DNA of 64,000 nt, taken from contig CALBQP010000069.1 in NCBI GenBank assembly GCA_937899875.1, positions 921 to 64,920 on the forward strand. Direction: 5' to 3'. The notes beneath the pieces are model-generated. The model was given only the letters and a program-made list of their open reading frames with translations, was not told the origin of the DNA and did not search any database. Both the position numbers and the translations under genes were made by a program. The DNA is from an uncultured Clostridia bacterium. GTDB taxonomy: Bacteria; Bacillota; Clostridia; Christensenellales; Christensenellaceae. Numbering within the stretch: position 1 is the stretch's first letter; every line of letters starts with the position of its first letter. Positions 9,132 through 17,003 of the stretch are shown here, piece after piece.

Positions 9132-9653
9132 ATGAGCAAACAGGATACCGACCCGTATGTCAAGCTGGCGAAGCAATCGCTGGAGACGTATCTTGAAACA
9201 GGAAAGCTGATGGACGTGCCGGACGGGTTGCCCGGCGAGATGCAAAAAAGCACGGGGGTTTTTGTTTCGCTCAAAAAAAATGGCGATTTGCGGGGGTGCA
9301 TCGGCACCATTGAGCCCACGGGGATGCCGTTATCCGAAGAAATTATCCGCTTCGCGGTCATTTCCGCCACGGAGGACCCACGATTTTCCCCGGTTACAAA
9401 GGACGAGCTTCCCGCGCTCACATACAGCGTGGATGTGTTGGGCGATCCCGAACCTGCCCCCAGCACCGACGATCTGGATGCCAAGGTCTACGGCGTGATT
9501 GTATCCCGGGGGCACAGGCGCGGCGTGCTGCTGCCCGACCTGGAATTGGTTGATACGCCGGAACAGCAGATAGAGATTGCGCTTCGCAAGGCGGGCATCC
9601 TGCCGCAGGAGCACTATACGGTCGAACGCTTCAAAGTGGAGAGACACAAATGA
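9132..9653 (+). CDS. AMMECR1-domain protein (AmmeMemoRadiSam system protein A)
   Basis: Contains GVFVSLKKNGDLRGCIGTIEP, the AMMECR1 signature. The ATG at 9132 follows AAGGGAGGAATTGTT. Confidence 0.85.
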   Translation: MSKQDTDPYVKLAKQSLETYLETGKLMDVPDGLPGEMQKSTGVFVSLKKNGDLRGCIGTIEPTGMPLSEEIIRFAVISATEDPRFSPVTKDELPALTYSVDVLGDPEPAPSTDDLDAKVYGVIVSRGHRRGVLLPDLELVDTPEQQIEIALRKAGILPQEHYTVERFKVERHK

Positions 9654-10474
9654 AAACAACATGCACCATATGCCCGCGGGCCTGCGCCATCGAGGAAGAC
9701 GATACCGGGTTTTGCCGCGCCCGTAAAAATGAAAACGGCCAAATCATCGACGCAAACTATGGCAGGCTGACCGCGCTAGCCCTCGACCCGATCGAGAAGA
9801 AGCCGCTTGCCCGCTTTATGCCCGGCAAAATGATTCTTTCGGCGGGCAGCTTTGGATGCAACCTGCGCTGTTCGTTTTGCCAAAACAGCGATATATCAAT
9901 GAACGACGGCTCTATTGCCAAAGAGACAGTGCTGCCACAGGCGTTGGCCGACAAGGCGGAAAAGCTGATTCCACAGGGGAATATCGGCGTGGCGTACACG
10001 TACAACGAGCCGGTTGTAGGATTTGAATATGTACGCGATTGCGGGGAGATCGTGCACAACCGGGGCATGGTCAACGTGCTGGTTACCAACGGATATATCA
10101 ACGAAGCGCCGCTGATAGAGCTGCTGCGCCATACCGATGCCATGAACATTGACCTGAAAGCATTTACCGAACGGTTTTACCGGATGATGGGCGGGCATCT
10201 TGACGTTGTGAAACGGTCGATTGCCCTTGCGGCGCAGTATTGCCATGTGGAGGTGACGACGCTGATTGTTCCCGGCGAAAACGACAGCCCCGCGGAAATG
10301 GATCAGGAAGCCAAATGGCTCGCGTCCATTGATCGGACAATTCCCCTGCACATCAGCAGGTTTTTTCCGCGGTACAAAATGACCAACGCGGAGGCGACAG
10401 ACCCTGACATGCTCTTTCAATTGGCGGACGTTGCGCGTTATCATCTCGATTATGTCTACACCGGCAATGTGTGA
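9650..10474 (+). CDS. AmmeMemoRadiSam-system radical SAM enzyme (PFL-activase-like)
   Basis: Contains the CX3CX2C motif GCNLRCSFCQNSDIS. The N-terminus has CTICPRAC..FC. Its start overlaps the AMMECR1 stop by 4 nt. Confidence 0.85.
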   Translation: MKTTCTICPRACAIEEDDTGFCRARKNENGQIIDANYGRLTALALDPIEKKPLARFMPGKMILSAGSFGCNLRCSFCQNSDISMNDGSIAKETVLPQALADKAEKLIPQGNIGVAYTYNEPVVGFEYVRDCGEIVHNRGMVNVLVTNGYINEAPLIELLRHTDAMNIDLKAFTERFYRMMGGHLDVVKRSIALAAQYCHVEVTTLIVPGENDSPAEMDQEAKWLASIDRTIPLHISRFFPRYKMTNAEATDPDMLFQLADVARYHLDYVYTGNV

Positions 10475-10665
10475 GGGGGCGCGTTTAAAAGCATATGAGA
10501 GATTACAAGGACGTAGCATTGTAGCATAATCCTGAGAAACAAGACATGACATCACGCCGTGTCGATCGTTTTTGTTTTAGGCTTTAACTTCTTTTCGATT
10601 ACTTTTATCACAGTTTTCATGTGTCTGACAGTATACGGGAGTTGGATCTTTTGACCATTATTTTA

Positions 10666-10758
10666 GAGGGAATTCTTAAAACCGTAGGTGTTAAGTCGCC
10701 GAAGGCGAAACTATCAAAATCCACCGGAGGTACATTGACCCCAAAGGAATACCTACAT
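10666..10758 (+). repeat. dispersed intergenic repeat family 1, copy B
   Basis: AGGGAATTCTTAAAACCGTAGGTGTTAAGTCGCCGAAGGCGAAACTATCAAAATCCACCGGAGGTACATTGACCCCAAAGGAATACCTACA. Roughly 85-90 percent identical by eye, over about 68 nt, to the reverse complement of 16724-16790. Confidence 0.8.
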
Positions 10759-10984
10759 GCCATAGAAAGATTTCTATATATTTTCCATTAAAATGATTTT
10801 TCAATAATCCGGGCTTTTCTTTTTGTGAAAAGTTTCTTCACTATCTACGGTTTCCTGTTGGTTTCTTGAAACTTTCTGTAAAAACACACCTTCGCCAAAA
10901 GCGCATACTGTGTCCATAACCAATTGAGAGGATGGACGCGAAAATGAATATTGAAAGCATGAACCTGTATTTTTTATATGCCTT

Positions 10985-11434
10985 TTGCATGGGTGGCAGC
11001 AAGCACGCATTGCAAGCGTTGAGCGGCGAAGAGGTTCCTTGTTTCAAGGACCAGTGGCACAAAAGATCTTTTATTTCTGGCACTCCCGCGGCGGCAACTG
11101 TGTGGCCTCTGATTTCCAATACTTGTACAGGCTGCGGGAAGAGTTTGAAAAACAGGTCGATTTTTGGTTTGTCAACCTGACCGGTGTGGACGATGAGGAA
11201 AAAGAAAACGCAAAGGCATTTGCCGAATTACATAAGCTGGACGCGGGTAGCATACTGATGGATGTGGACGAGGAAGCCGCAACCACCATGCAGCTCAGCA
11301 AGTTCTGTACGATCGTGCTTGTCTCGCGGGATAACTATGTTTTCCGAAAGCTGGAGCAGGATTTTGACGAGGGCGCGGTCAGGGCCGCGATTACGGCCAT
11401 GCTGGATAAGCCGCTGCACAGGGATTACTTTTGA
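10985..11434 (+). CDS. thioredoxin-fold (TlpA/redoxin-like) protein with a degenerate active site; the 5' end is possibly frameshifted
   Basis: KIFYFWHSRGGNCVASDFQYLYRLREEF...FWFVNLTG...AKAFAELHKLD...FCTIVLVSRDNYVF follows the redoxin fold pattern, but WCxxC is replaced by WHSRGGNC. The upstream frame (10932-11064) reads ...LSGEEVPCFKDQWHK and would join at the A4 run at 11061-11064. Confidence 0.45.
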   Translation: MHGWQQARIASVERRRGSLFQGPVAQKIFYFWHSRGGNCVASDFQYLYRLREEFEKQVDFWFVNLTGVDDEEKENAKAFAELHKLDAGSILMDVDEEAATTMQLSKFCTIVLVSRDNYVFRKLEQDFDEGAVRAAITAMLDKPLHRDYF

Positions 11435-11530
11435 ACCGGAGATGGAATTTTTTTGCTGTGTAGCGTATGATAGAGATGTATTCAATGAATTCTGCACACA
11501 TTCTCGCCACTCCAGACAAGGGGGAAAATC

Positions 11531-13321
11531 ATGGAAAAGAAAATCAGCATTACATATGACCAGGCACCGACAATCATCCCCATACAGGCCAAAATATCGG
11601 CGGTACTTGATCTTTCCGACAACGCCTACCTGGCGGGCGGAAAAAAGTTTGGCGCAATAGACGAATACGGCAAGCTTTTTATGCCGTTGCAGTACGACAT
11701 TATCACGGCGCTAAGTGAGACGCTGTTTGTCGGCAAGCAGTCGAAGCGGATGTCCTCGTTTTTGGATTTGTACAGGATTGACGGCACCTGTCTGATTGAC
11801 GGGAAAGCGCGGAACTGTACGGAAATGCGCAAATTTTATGACAACAGGGCTGCCTGCCGGTTGGATAAAAAATGGGGGTACATCGACGAAAACGGCGCGA
11901 TGGCAATCCCGGCGTCCTTTGACAGTTGCGGCGATTTTGCCGAGGGCAAGGCGTTTGCGATAGAGGGAGACCGCGTGTTCTGTATCGATGGCACAGGCTA
12001 TAAACTGTTTGAGGTGCCCGGAACGGACGCGTACCGGTACCACGAGGGATACGCCGTGTTTGCGGCCGCCAATGGCAAAAAAGGCGTGCTGGACACAGGG
12101 GGCAACATTGTCATACCGCCGGAATATACAGACATTGACCACTGCCAAAACGGCTTGTTCCCTTTCAGGCATGAAAAGCACTGGGGTGTGATGGATGTGC
12201 AGCAACGCGTTATTGTGGGGGATACGCACGAAAAAGTGATCGTGGAGCAAGACCGGATCAAGTATGGGTTTTATATTCCTGTTACGCGAAACAATGCGCT
12301 TACCGTTGCTTTGGTGTATGGATCCAGCGATTTGCAGAGCAACGCCAAGCTGGAAGAAAAGTATCTGGAATTGAAGGAACCGAGCGAAGGATATGCGGCC
12401 TTCCGCACGTATGAAGCGGGCAAGGTGGCAATGGGCTACATCACGCCGGACGGCAGGGTTGCGCCGATCATTGACGGCAAAGGCACCGCCATCGGCATGC
12501 ACAGCCTGCTGGGGCCCGATGTCAGCGATTACCTAACGTCCTATTCAGAGGGGCTGGCGTTTGTGAAGCTCTACAATGTCCACTACGGAAAAGTAAAAAA
12601 TGCCAAATATGTGGTGATCGACGCCAACCAGCGGCCTGTTTCCGACGCGGGGTTTGATTCGGTCATTTGGGGGTTCCGTGGCGGGTACGCCTGCGTGACG
12701 GAGGATGCAAACGGCCAGCTCATCATAGACAAGCAACTGCGCCCCATGACGCAGAAGTATATGAACATACAACCGGAGAAATACGGCCGATATATTGCAC
12801 GGCAGTGGAAAAAACAGGGGCGCAACGCGCAGTTTGATATATTGGACGAGCAACTGCGTGTCATTGCCACCATTCCGTCGGTGATGCCCGCCGACATCGC
12901 CATGGATGACGACGGCATTATCGAGGCCCGCCCGGACGGCAAACTGATGTATTTTGACCGGGACGGCCGCGTGATCAGGCAGACGGATTTTGAAGTTGGC
13001 TCTGTTTATACGGATGCAGATTATGCAAGTGCGCAAAATGTGTTTTTGCCGCAAAAGCTGGCGGACAACATTTGGCTTTGCCGGGATGAGAACGGGCAGC
13101 CTTATCAAAAAATCAGCCCCAAGGAATCACGCCTTTTTACGGACGGAGCCGCGCTATTCCGGCAGGGGCCTAAAATGGGCGCGATTGACACCAATGGAAA
13201 TGTGATTGTGTCGCCCGCGTACGACTTGATCTGGCCGTTTAACAACGGCCGCGCGACCGCGGTTCAGGGAAAGCAGTTTTATATCATACGGCGCAACCCG
13301 CACATTGCAATGCAGGGATAG
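11531..13321 (+). CDS. WG-repeat (KWG) containing protein
   Basis: The 596-aa product has repeated KWGYIDENGAMAIPASFD, KKGVLDTGGNIVIPPEY and HWGVMDVQQRVIV modules. The ATG follows AAGGGGGAAAATC. Confidence 0.8.
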   Translation: MEKKISITYDQAPTIIPIQAKISAVLDLSDNAYLAGGKKFGAIDEYGKLFMPLQYDIITALSETLFVGKQSKRMSSFLDLYRIDGTCLIDGKARNCTEMRKFYDNRAACRLDKKWGYIDENGAMAIPASFDSCGDFAEGKAFAIEGDRVFCIDGTGYKLFEVPGTDAYRYHEGYAVFAAANGKKGVLDTGGNIVIPPEYTDIDHCQNGLFPFRHEKHWGVMDVQQRVIVGDTHEKVIVEQDRIKYGFYIPVTRNNALTVALVYGSSDLQSNAKLEEKYLELKEPSEGYAAFRTYEAGKVAMGYITPDGRVAPIIDGKGTAIGMHSLLGPDVSDYLTSYSEGLAFVKLYNVHYGKVKNAKYVVIDANQRPVSDAGFDSVIWGFRGGYACVTEDANGQLIIDKQLRPMTQKYMNIQPEKYGRYIARQWKKQGRNAQFDILDEQLRVIATIPSVMPADIAMDDDGIIEARPDGKLMYFDRDGRVIRQTDFEVGSVYTDADYASAQNVFLPQKLADNIWLCRDENGQPYQKISPKESRLFTDGAALFRQGPKMGAIDTNGNVIVSPAYDLIWPFNNGRATAVQGKQFYIIRRNPHIAMQG

Positions 13322-13362
13322 CCTGAAGCAGCGCTTGCCAACAACAATTGGATATTATTTGT

Positions 13363-13388
13363 AAAGGCGCCCTAAGCGGCGCCTTTTT
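13363..13388. terminator. bidirectional intrinsic terminator between the WG-repeat gene and the MATE gene
   Basis: AAAGGCGCC (13363-13371) pairs with GGCGCCTTT (13378-13386) around a 6-nt loop, followed by TTTTT on the plus strand. The MATE stop codon (TAG, 13372-13374) lies in the loop. Confidence 0.7.
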
Positions 13389-14790
13389 CCATCAACAACC
13401 CTTCCGTCAATGTGTTTTCCTGTATGGTTTTGTTGATGCGCCGGATTTCCATAGCGATCAATATAAACGCCATGGCAAACGACACGATATCGGCGAGTGG
13501 CCCCGCCCACAAAACGCCGTCCAGGCCAATCAGCCGGGGCAGGATCAGTACAGCCGGTATCAATATCAGGATTTGCCGGGACAATGTGATGATCGCCGCT
13601 TTCACCGGTTTACCGATCGACTGGAAGAACACGCCCGAAACCTGCTGGAACCCCGCCGGAATGCAGAACATCAGGAATATCCGGAAGCACTTCTGTGCAA
13701 ATTCATTATATAACACGCTTTCCTGCCCAAACAGACTGATGATTGCCTGCGGGAAAAACTGGAACATCACAAAGCCCACGGTTGTGATGATGATCGCAAT
13801 GCCAATGGTGGTAAACAGCGTCTTTTTTACCCGGTCCAGCTTGCCCGCGCCATAGTTGTAGCCAATGATGGGCTGCGCGCCCACAGCCGTGCCGATCACG
13901 CAGGAAATCAGTATTTGGTTGACCTTCATGACAATGCCCAGCGCCGCAAGCGGAATATCCTCGCCATAGGACGACGCCGCGCCGTACTTGACCAGTACGT
14001 TGTTCATGACCAATATGCTAGCTGTAATGGCGATCTGGGTAATAAAGCTGGAAACGCCGTAACCTGCAATCGTTTTGGTTACTTTTCCAGATAATTTCAT
14101 ATCCTTCCGGCGTATTTTGACATGCTTCAGGCGCAAGACATAATACAGGCTGATGGCAAACGAAAGCCCCTGGCCGATAATGGTTGCAAGCGCCGCACCC
14201 TGCACGCCCCATCCAAACACAAAAATAAAAATAGGATCTAAAATGGTGTTTGTAACCGCGCCAACGATCATGGAGACCATCGCGATACGCGGGCTGCCGT
14301 CCGCACGCAGTATGGAGTTGAGCCCCGTGCTGATGATGACAAAGGGATATCCCAGTGCAATGATGCCGCCATATTCCTTGGCATAGGGAAGCACGTTGTC
14401 CGTTGCGCCGGAAAACCGCGCCAACGGTTCAATAAAGGCAAGTCCGATGACCAGAAACGCCACGCCCAGTATGAGCAGCAGCGAGAACCCGTTGTTGACG
14501 CCTTTTTGTGCGGATTCCATGTCCTTTTGCCCCAGCTTGAGGCTGAAAAACGATGCGGTTCCGTCGCCGATCAGCAACGCAAAAGCCATTACGATCACCG
14601 TCATGGGGAATATAACGTTTGTTGCCGCGTTGCCCAGGTATCCGACACCCTGGCCGATGAATATCTGGTCGACAATGTTGTACAGCGCATTGACCACCAT
14701 CGAAATGATGCTGGGGATTGCGAAGGTACGCAATAGTTTTGAGATAGGGGCTGTGCCCAGTTTGTTTTCTTTTGATACCAGTTGTTCCAT
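13372..14790 (-). CDS. MATE-family multidrug efflux transporter
   Basis: Translation reads MEQLVSKENKLGTAPISKLLRTFAIPSIISMVVNALYNIVDQIFIGQGVG..., with 12 predicted TM segments. The ATG at 14790 follows GGAGGG; the track start at 14868 is rejected. Confidence 0.88.
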   Translation of the reverse strand: MEQLVSKENKLGTAPISKLLRTFAIPSIISMVVNALYNIVDQIFIGQGVGYLGNAATNVIFPMTVIVMAFALLIGDGTASFFSLKLGQKDMESAQKGVNNGFSLLLILGVAFLVIGLAFIEPLARFSGATDNVLPYAKEYGGIIALGYPFVIISTGLNSILRADGSPRIAMVSMIVGAVTNTILDPIFIFVFGWGVQGAALATIIGQGLSFAISLYYVLRLKHVKIRRKDMKLSGKVTKTIAGYGVSSFITQIAITASILVMNNVLVKYGAASSYGEDIPLAALGIVMKVNQILISCVIGTAVGAQPIIGYNYGAGKLDRVKKTLFTTIGIAIIITTVGFVMFQFFPQAIISLFGQESVLYNEFAQKCFRIFLMFCIPAGFQQVSGVFFQSIGKPVKAAIITLSRQILILIPAVLILPRLIGLDGVLWAGPLADIVSFAMAFILIAMEIRRINKTIQENTLTEGLLMEKGAA

Positions 14791-14805
14791 AAACCCTCCA
14801 AATAA

Positions 14806-14821
14806 AGTTGCCGAGGCAACT
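14806..14821. promoter_or_regulatory. putative MarR operator, box 1 (perfect palindrome)
   Basis: AGTTGCC-GA-GGCAACT has perfect 7-bp arms and sits in the MATE 5' leader, just upstream of its RBS. Confidence 0.6.
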
Positions 14822-14854
14822 ATGTTTCCATAAATAATGCCTGCGCAACAAAAA

Positions 14855-14870
14855 ACTTGCCAAGGCAACT
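14855..14870. promoter_or_regulatory. putative MarR operator, box 2
   Basis: ACTTGCC-AA-GGCAACT has one arm mismatch and lies immediately downstream of the putative MATE -10 element. Confidence 0.55.
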
Positions 14871-14873
14871 ATT

Positions 14874-14903
14874 ATAGTAGCATTTTTATTGAAAAAAAGT
14901 CAA
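14874..14903 (-). promoter_or_regulatory. putative promoter of the MATE gene
   Basis: On the minus strand: TTGACT (14898-14903), an 18-nt spacer, then TGcTACTAT (-10 at 14874-14879, overlapping a TATAAT at 14871-14876). Confidence 0.5.
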
Positions 14904-15011
14904 GTGTTTTATAAATAAATCATGCGATCATGATAGATAGTTGTTTTTACAAGGTTTTGCTACATACGCTTGCAGGGTTGGCGCTGCAGTTACGCACCGT
15001 AAAGATTTTGA

Positions 15012-15040
15012 TTGACCAAATGCAATCTACAGTATAAAAT
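15012..15040 (+). promoter_or_regulatory. putative promoter of marR
   Basis: TTGACC (15012-15017), a 17-nt spacer, then TAAAAT (15035-15040). The predicted transcription start falls inside operator box 3. Confidence 0.5.
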
Positions 15041-15042
15041 AT

Positions 15043-15058
15043 AGTTGTCCAGGCAACA
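15043..15058. promoter_or_regulatory. putative MarR operator, box 3
   Basis: AGTTGTC-CA-GGCAACA shares the GTTGyC..GGCAAC core with boxes 1 and 2 and sits just upstream of the marR RBS (AGGAG at 15066-15070). Confidence 0.5.
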
Positions 15059-15077
15059 TACTAACAGGAGTGTTTCA

Positions 15078-15485
15078 ATGGATCATTTGGGAAAAGTATT
15101 CTCTATCATACACCGCACATCGGCCGCGCATATGGAAAAAGCGCTGAAAGCGCTGGGCGTGCCGTACGGCCAGTTTATGTTTATACTGTGCATTTGCGAC
15201 CACGAGGGGTTCTCGCAGGAGCAACTGGCTGCGGAACTGAAAATGGACAAGGGTTTTGTTGCCCGTACAGTCAAAAACCTGGAGCAACAGGGGTTTGTCA
15301 GGCGAATGGAATCACCGGACGACCGCCGTCAAAAAATTCTTTTTCCAACAGAAAAATCCAAACGGCTTTATCCAAAAATCACCGGCGTCATCCAGCAGCA
15401 GGAGCAATACCTGACCAAAAACCTCTCTGATATCGAAAAGGATTTGCTGCGGAGCCTGCTGGACAAGGTGCGAGAGGGCTTGTGA
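15078..15485 (+). CDS. MarR-family transcriptional regulator
   Basis: Translation reads MDHLGKVFSIIHRTSAAHMEKALKALGVPYGQFMFILCIC...SQEQLAAELKMDKGFVARTVKNLEQQGFVRR..DRRQK. It is divergent from the MATE gene. Confidence 0.88.
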   Translation: MDHLGKVFSIIHRTSAAHMEKALKALGVPYGQFMFILCICDHEGFSQEQLAAELKMDKGFVARTVKNLEQQGFVRRMESPDDRRQKILFPTEKSKRLYPKITGVIQQQEQYLTKNLSDIEKDLLRSLLDKVREGL

Positions 15486-15518
15486 GGGAATGCAGCCCAA
15501 ACAAAATAATGGACATAA

Positions 15519-15632
15519 CTCAAAGGTATTCCTTTGGGTTTAACGTACATCTTGCACACATTCGGCGCAATTCACCTTGTGCGTACTTTAAAGGGGGCAA
15601 GGGAGAAATGACGAATCCCCCTTGCCCCCTCA
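15519..15632 (-). repeat. dispersed intergenic repeat family 1, copy C (diverged)
   Basis: The reverse complement reads GAGGGGGCAAGGG...CCCTTGCCCCCTTTAAAGT...GCGCCGAATGTGTGCAAGATGTACGTTAAACCCAAAGGAATACCTTTGAG. It has the same module order (GC hairpin, then the CCAAAGGAATACC terminal box) as copies B and D. Confidence 0.5.
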
Positions 15633-15717
15633 ATGAAAATTAACTTTTAATCATTCGTGGCCCAAAAGATTTCGGGCTTTTTTTGTTACTTACCACACCG
15701 TTAGACGTTCACGTCCT

Positions 15718-16653
15718 TCACTGCAAAACAATCTTTGTCCCGCTCTCGCCCTTCAGCGCAAGCGCCGCCTTGTCCAGCGACCCTATGATGGATTTGCGTC
15801 CCGGCTTGCTCTCGGCAAACAGGCATGCGGCCCGCACTTTGGGCAACATGCTGCCCGGCGCAAATTGGCCTTCATCCGCATACTGCTGCGCCTGCTCCAC
15901 CGTGATCTCGCGCAGGTCCTGCTGGTCGGGCTTGCCAAAGTTGATGGCCACACGGTCTACGGCCGTCAGTATAAACAGGTATTCCGCATCCACCAACTCC
16001 GCCAGCTTTTCCGCCGCAAAATCCTTGTCCACCACTGCGGCGACGCCTTTATATCCGTTCTCGGTTTTCACCACGGGAATGCCGCCTCCGCCGCCGGCAA
16101 TAATCACTTCCTTGTCGCGCATCAGCGTGGCAAGCGTCACATGCTCGTAAATGCTGACCGGTTTGGGCGACGCCACAACACGCCGCCAGCCCCGCCCGGC
16201 GTCCTCTACATATTTGTCGCCCGTCTTAGCCATCAACTGCCGCGCAGCGTCTTCGTCGTAATAGCTGCCGATCGGCTTTGTCGGGTTTTGGAAGGCAGGA
16301 TCCTTGGCGTCCACAATTACCTGGGTCAGCATGGTAATAACGGGCGTTTCATTGTCTCCGTTTGCCACCAGCTCCGCATCGATCGCCTGTTGCAGGTGAT
16401 ACCCAATGTACCCCTGGCTCATGGCCGTGCATTCCGCAAGCGGCATCAGGGGCGCGATTCCCATCTGGTGTCCTTTTTCAAACACCAGGTTGATCATGCC
16501 CACCTGCGGGCCGTTTCCGTGACAGACAATGATATCGTGTCCTGCCAAAATAAGCGGCACAATGGCCTTGGCGGTCGTCTGTACCTTGATCAATTGTTCT
16601 TCTGGCGTGTTCCCCAAGGCGTTCCCGCCCAGGGCGATGACCATTCTACTCAT
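15718..16653 (-). CDS. arcC: carbamate kinase
   Basis: Translation reads MSRMVIALGGNALG...IVCHGNGPQVG...GGGGGIPV. The ATG follows GGAGGTATAAAAC. Confidence 0.92.
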   Translation of the reverse strand: MSRMVIALGGNALGNTPEEQLIKVQTTAKAIVPLILAGHDIIVCHGNGPQVGMINLVFEKGHQMGIAPLMPLAECTAMSQGYIGYHLQQAIDAELVANGDNETPVITMLTQVIVDAKDPAFQNPTKPIGSYYDEDAARQLMAKTGDKYVEDAGRGWRRVVASPKPVSIYEHVTLATLMRDKEVIIAGGGGGIPVVKTENGYKGVAAVVDKDFAAEKLAELVDAEYLFILTAVDRVAINFGKPDQQDLREITVEQAQQYADEGQFAPGSMLPKVRAACLFAESKPGRKSIIGSLDKAALALKGESGTKIVLQ

Positions 16654-16723
16654 GTTTTATACCTCCGGCGGCACAAGCTTTTTCAGAAAAAGCGTTCACA
16701 CTTTTTAAAGAAATTAACATTGT

Positions 16724-16810
16724 ATGTATTCCTTTGGGGTCAAGGTGCCTCCGGCGATTTTATAGGTTTCGGCTTCGCCGACTTAAGGGGCAAGCCCCTT
16801 AAGAAACCCC
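16724..16810 (-). repeat. dispersed intergenic repeat family 1, copy D
   Basis: The reverse complement reads GGGGTTTCTTAAGGGGCTTGCCCCTTAAGTCGGCGAAGCCGAAACCTATAAAATCGCCGGAGGCACCTTGACCCCAAAGGAATACATACA, which aligns along its whole length with copy B. Confidence 0.8.
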
Positions 16811-16876
16811 ACATCAACATAGGCAAGCACCCAAACGAAAAGGGAATCCATAATGAAAATATGCCTGTGACTGACT

Positions 16877-16900
16877 ACTTGACCTAAAAAGAATACCTAT
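16877..16900 (+). repeat. solo terminal box of repeat family 1, forming an inverted repeat with the end of copy D
   Basis: CTTGACCTAAAAAGAATACCTATG compares with the reverse complement of 16727-16748, CTTGACCCCAAAGGAATACATA. The two boxes face each other across about 130 bp, which is a MITE-like geometry. Confidence 0.55.
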
Positions 16901-16952
16901 GCGTAATTACAAATATCTTTTCAAATCGCTATTTCCATCATAACGATTTTTT

Positions 16953-16983
16953 ATGGGGTCGAGATTTTCAATCCCGACCCCAT
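16953..16983. other. long hairpin just downstream of aguA
   Basis: ATGGGGTCGAGATT (16953-16966) pairs with AATCCCGACCCCAT (16970-16983): 14 bp with one mismatch and a 3-nt loop. The T-run precedes the stem on the plus strand, so it is not a canonical terminator in either direction. Confidence 0.5.
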
Positions 16984-17003
16984 AAGCACATGCAAGTCTT
17001 GTA

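Noticed and set aside
10733-10758. The conserved TTGACC...AAAGGAATAC boxes of the repeat family read as -35 promoter elements.
   Set aside because: No acceptable -10 hexamer lies 16-19 nt downstream in any copy. The copies occur in both orientations, including one that points into the 3' end of marR.
10801-11119. Minus-strand small ORFs (69 and 92 aa) opposite the redoxin-like gene.
   Set aside because: They have no RBS and no recognisable features, and they overlap a plus-strand frame with a clear thioredoxin-fold pattern.
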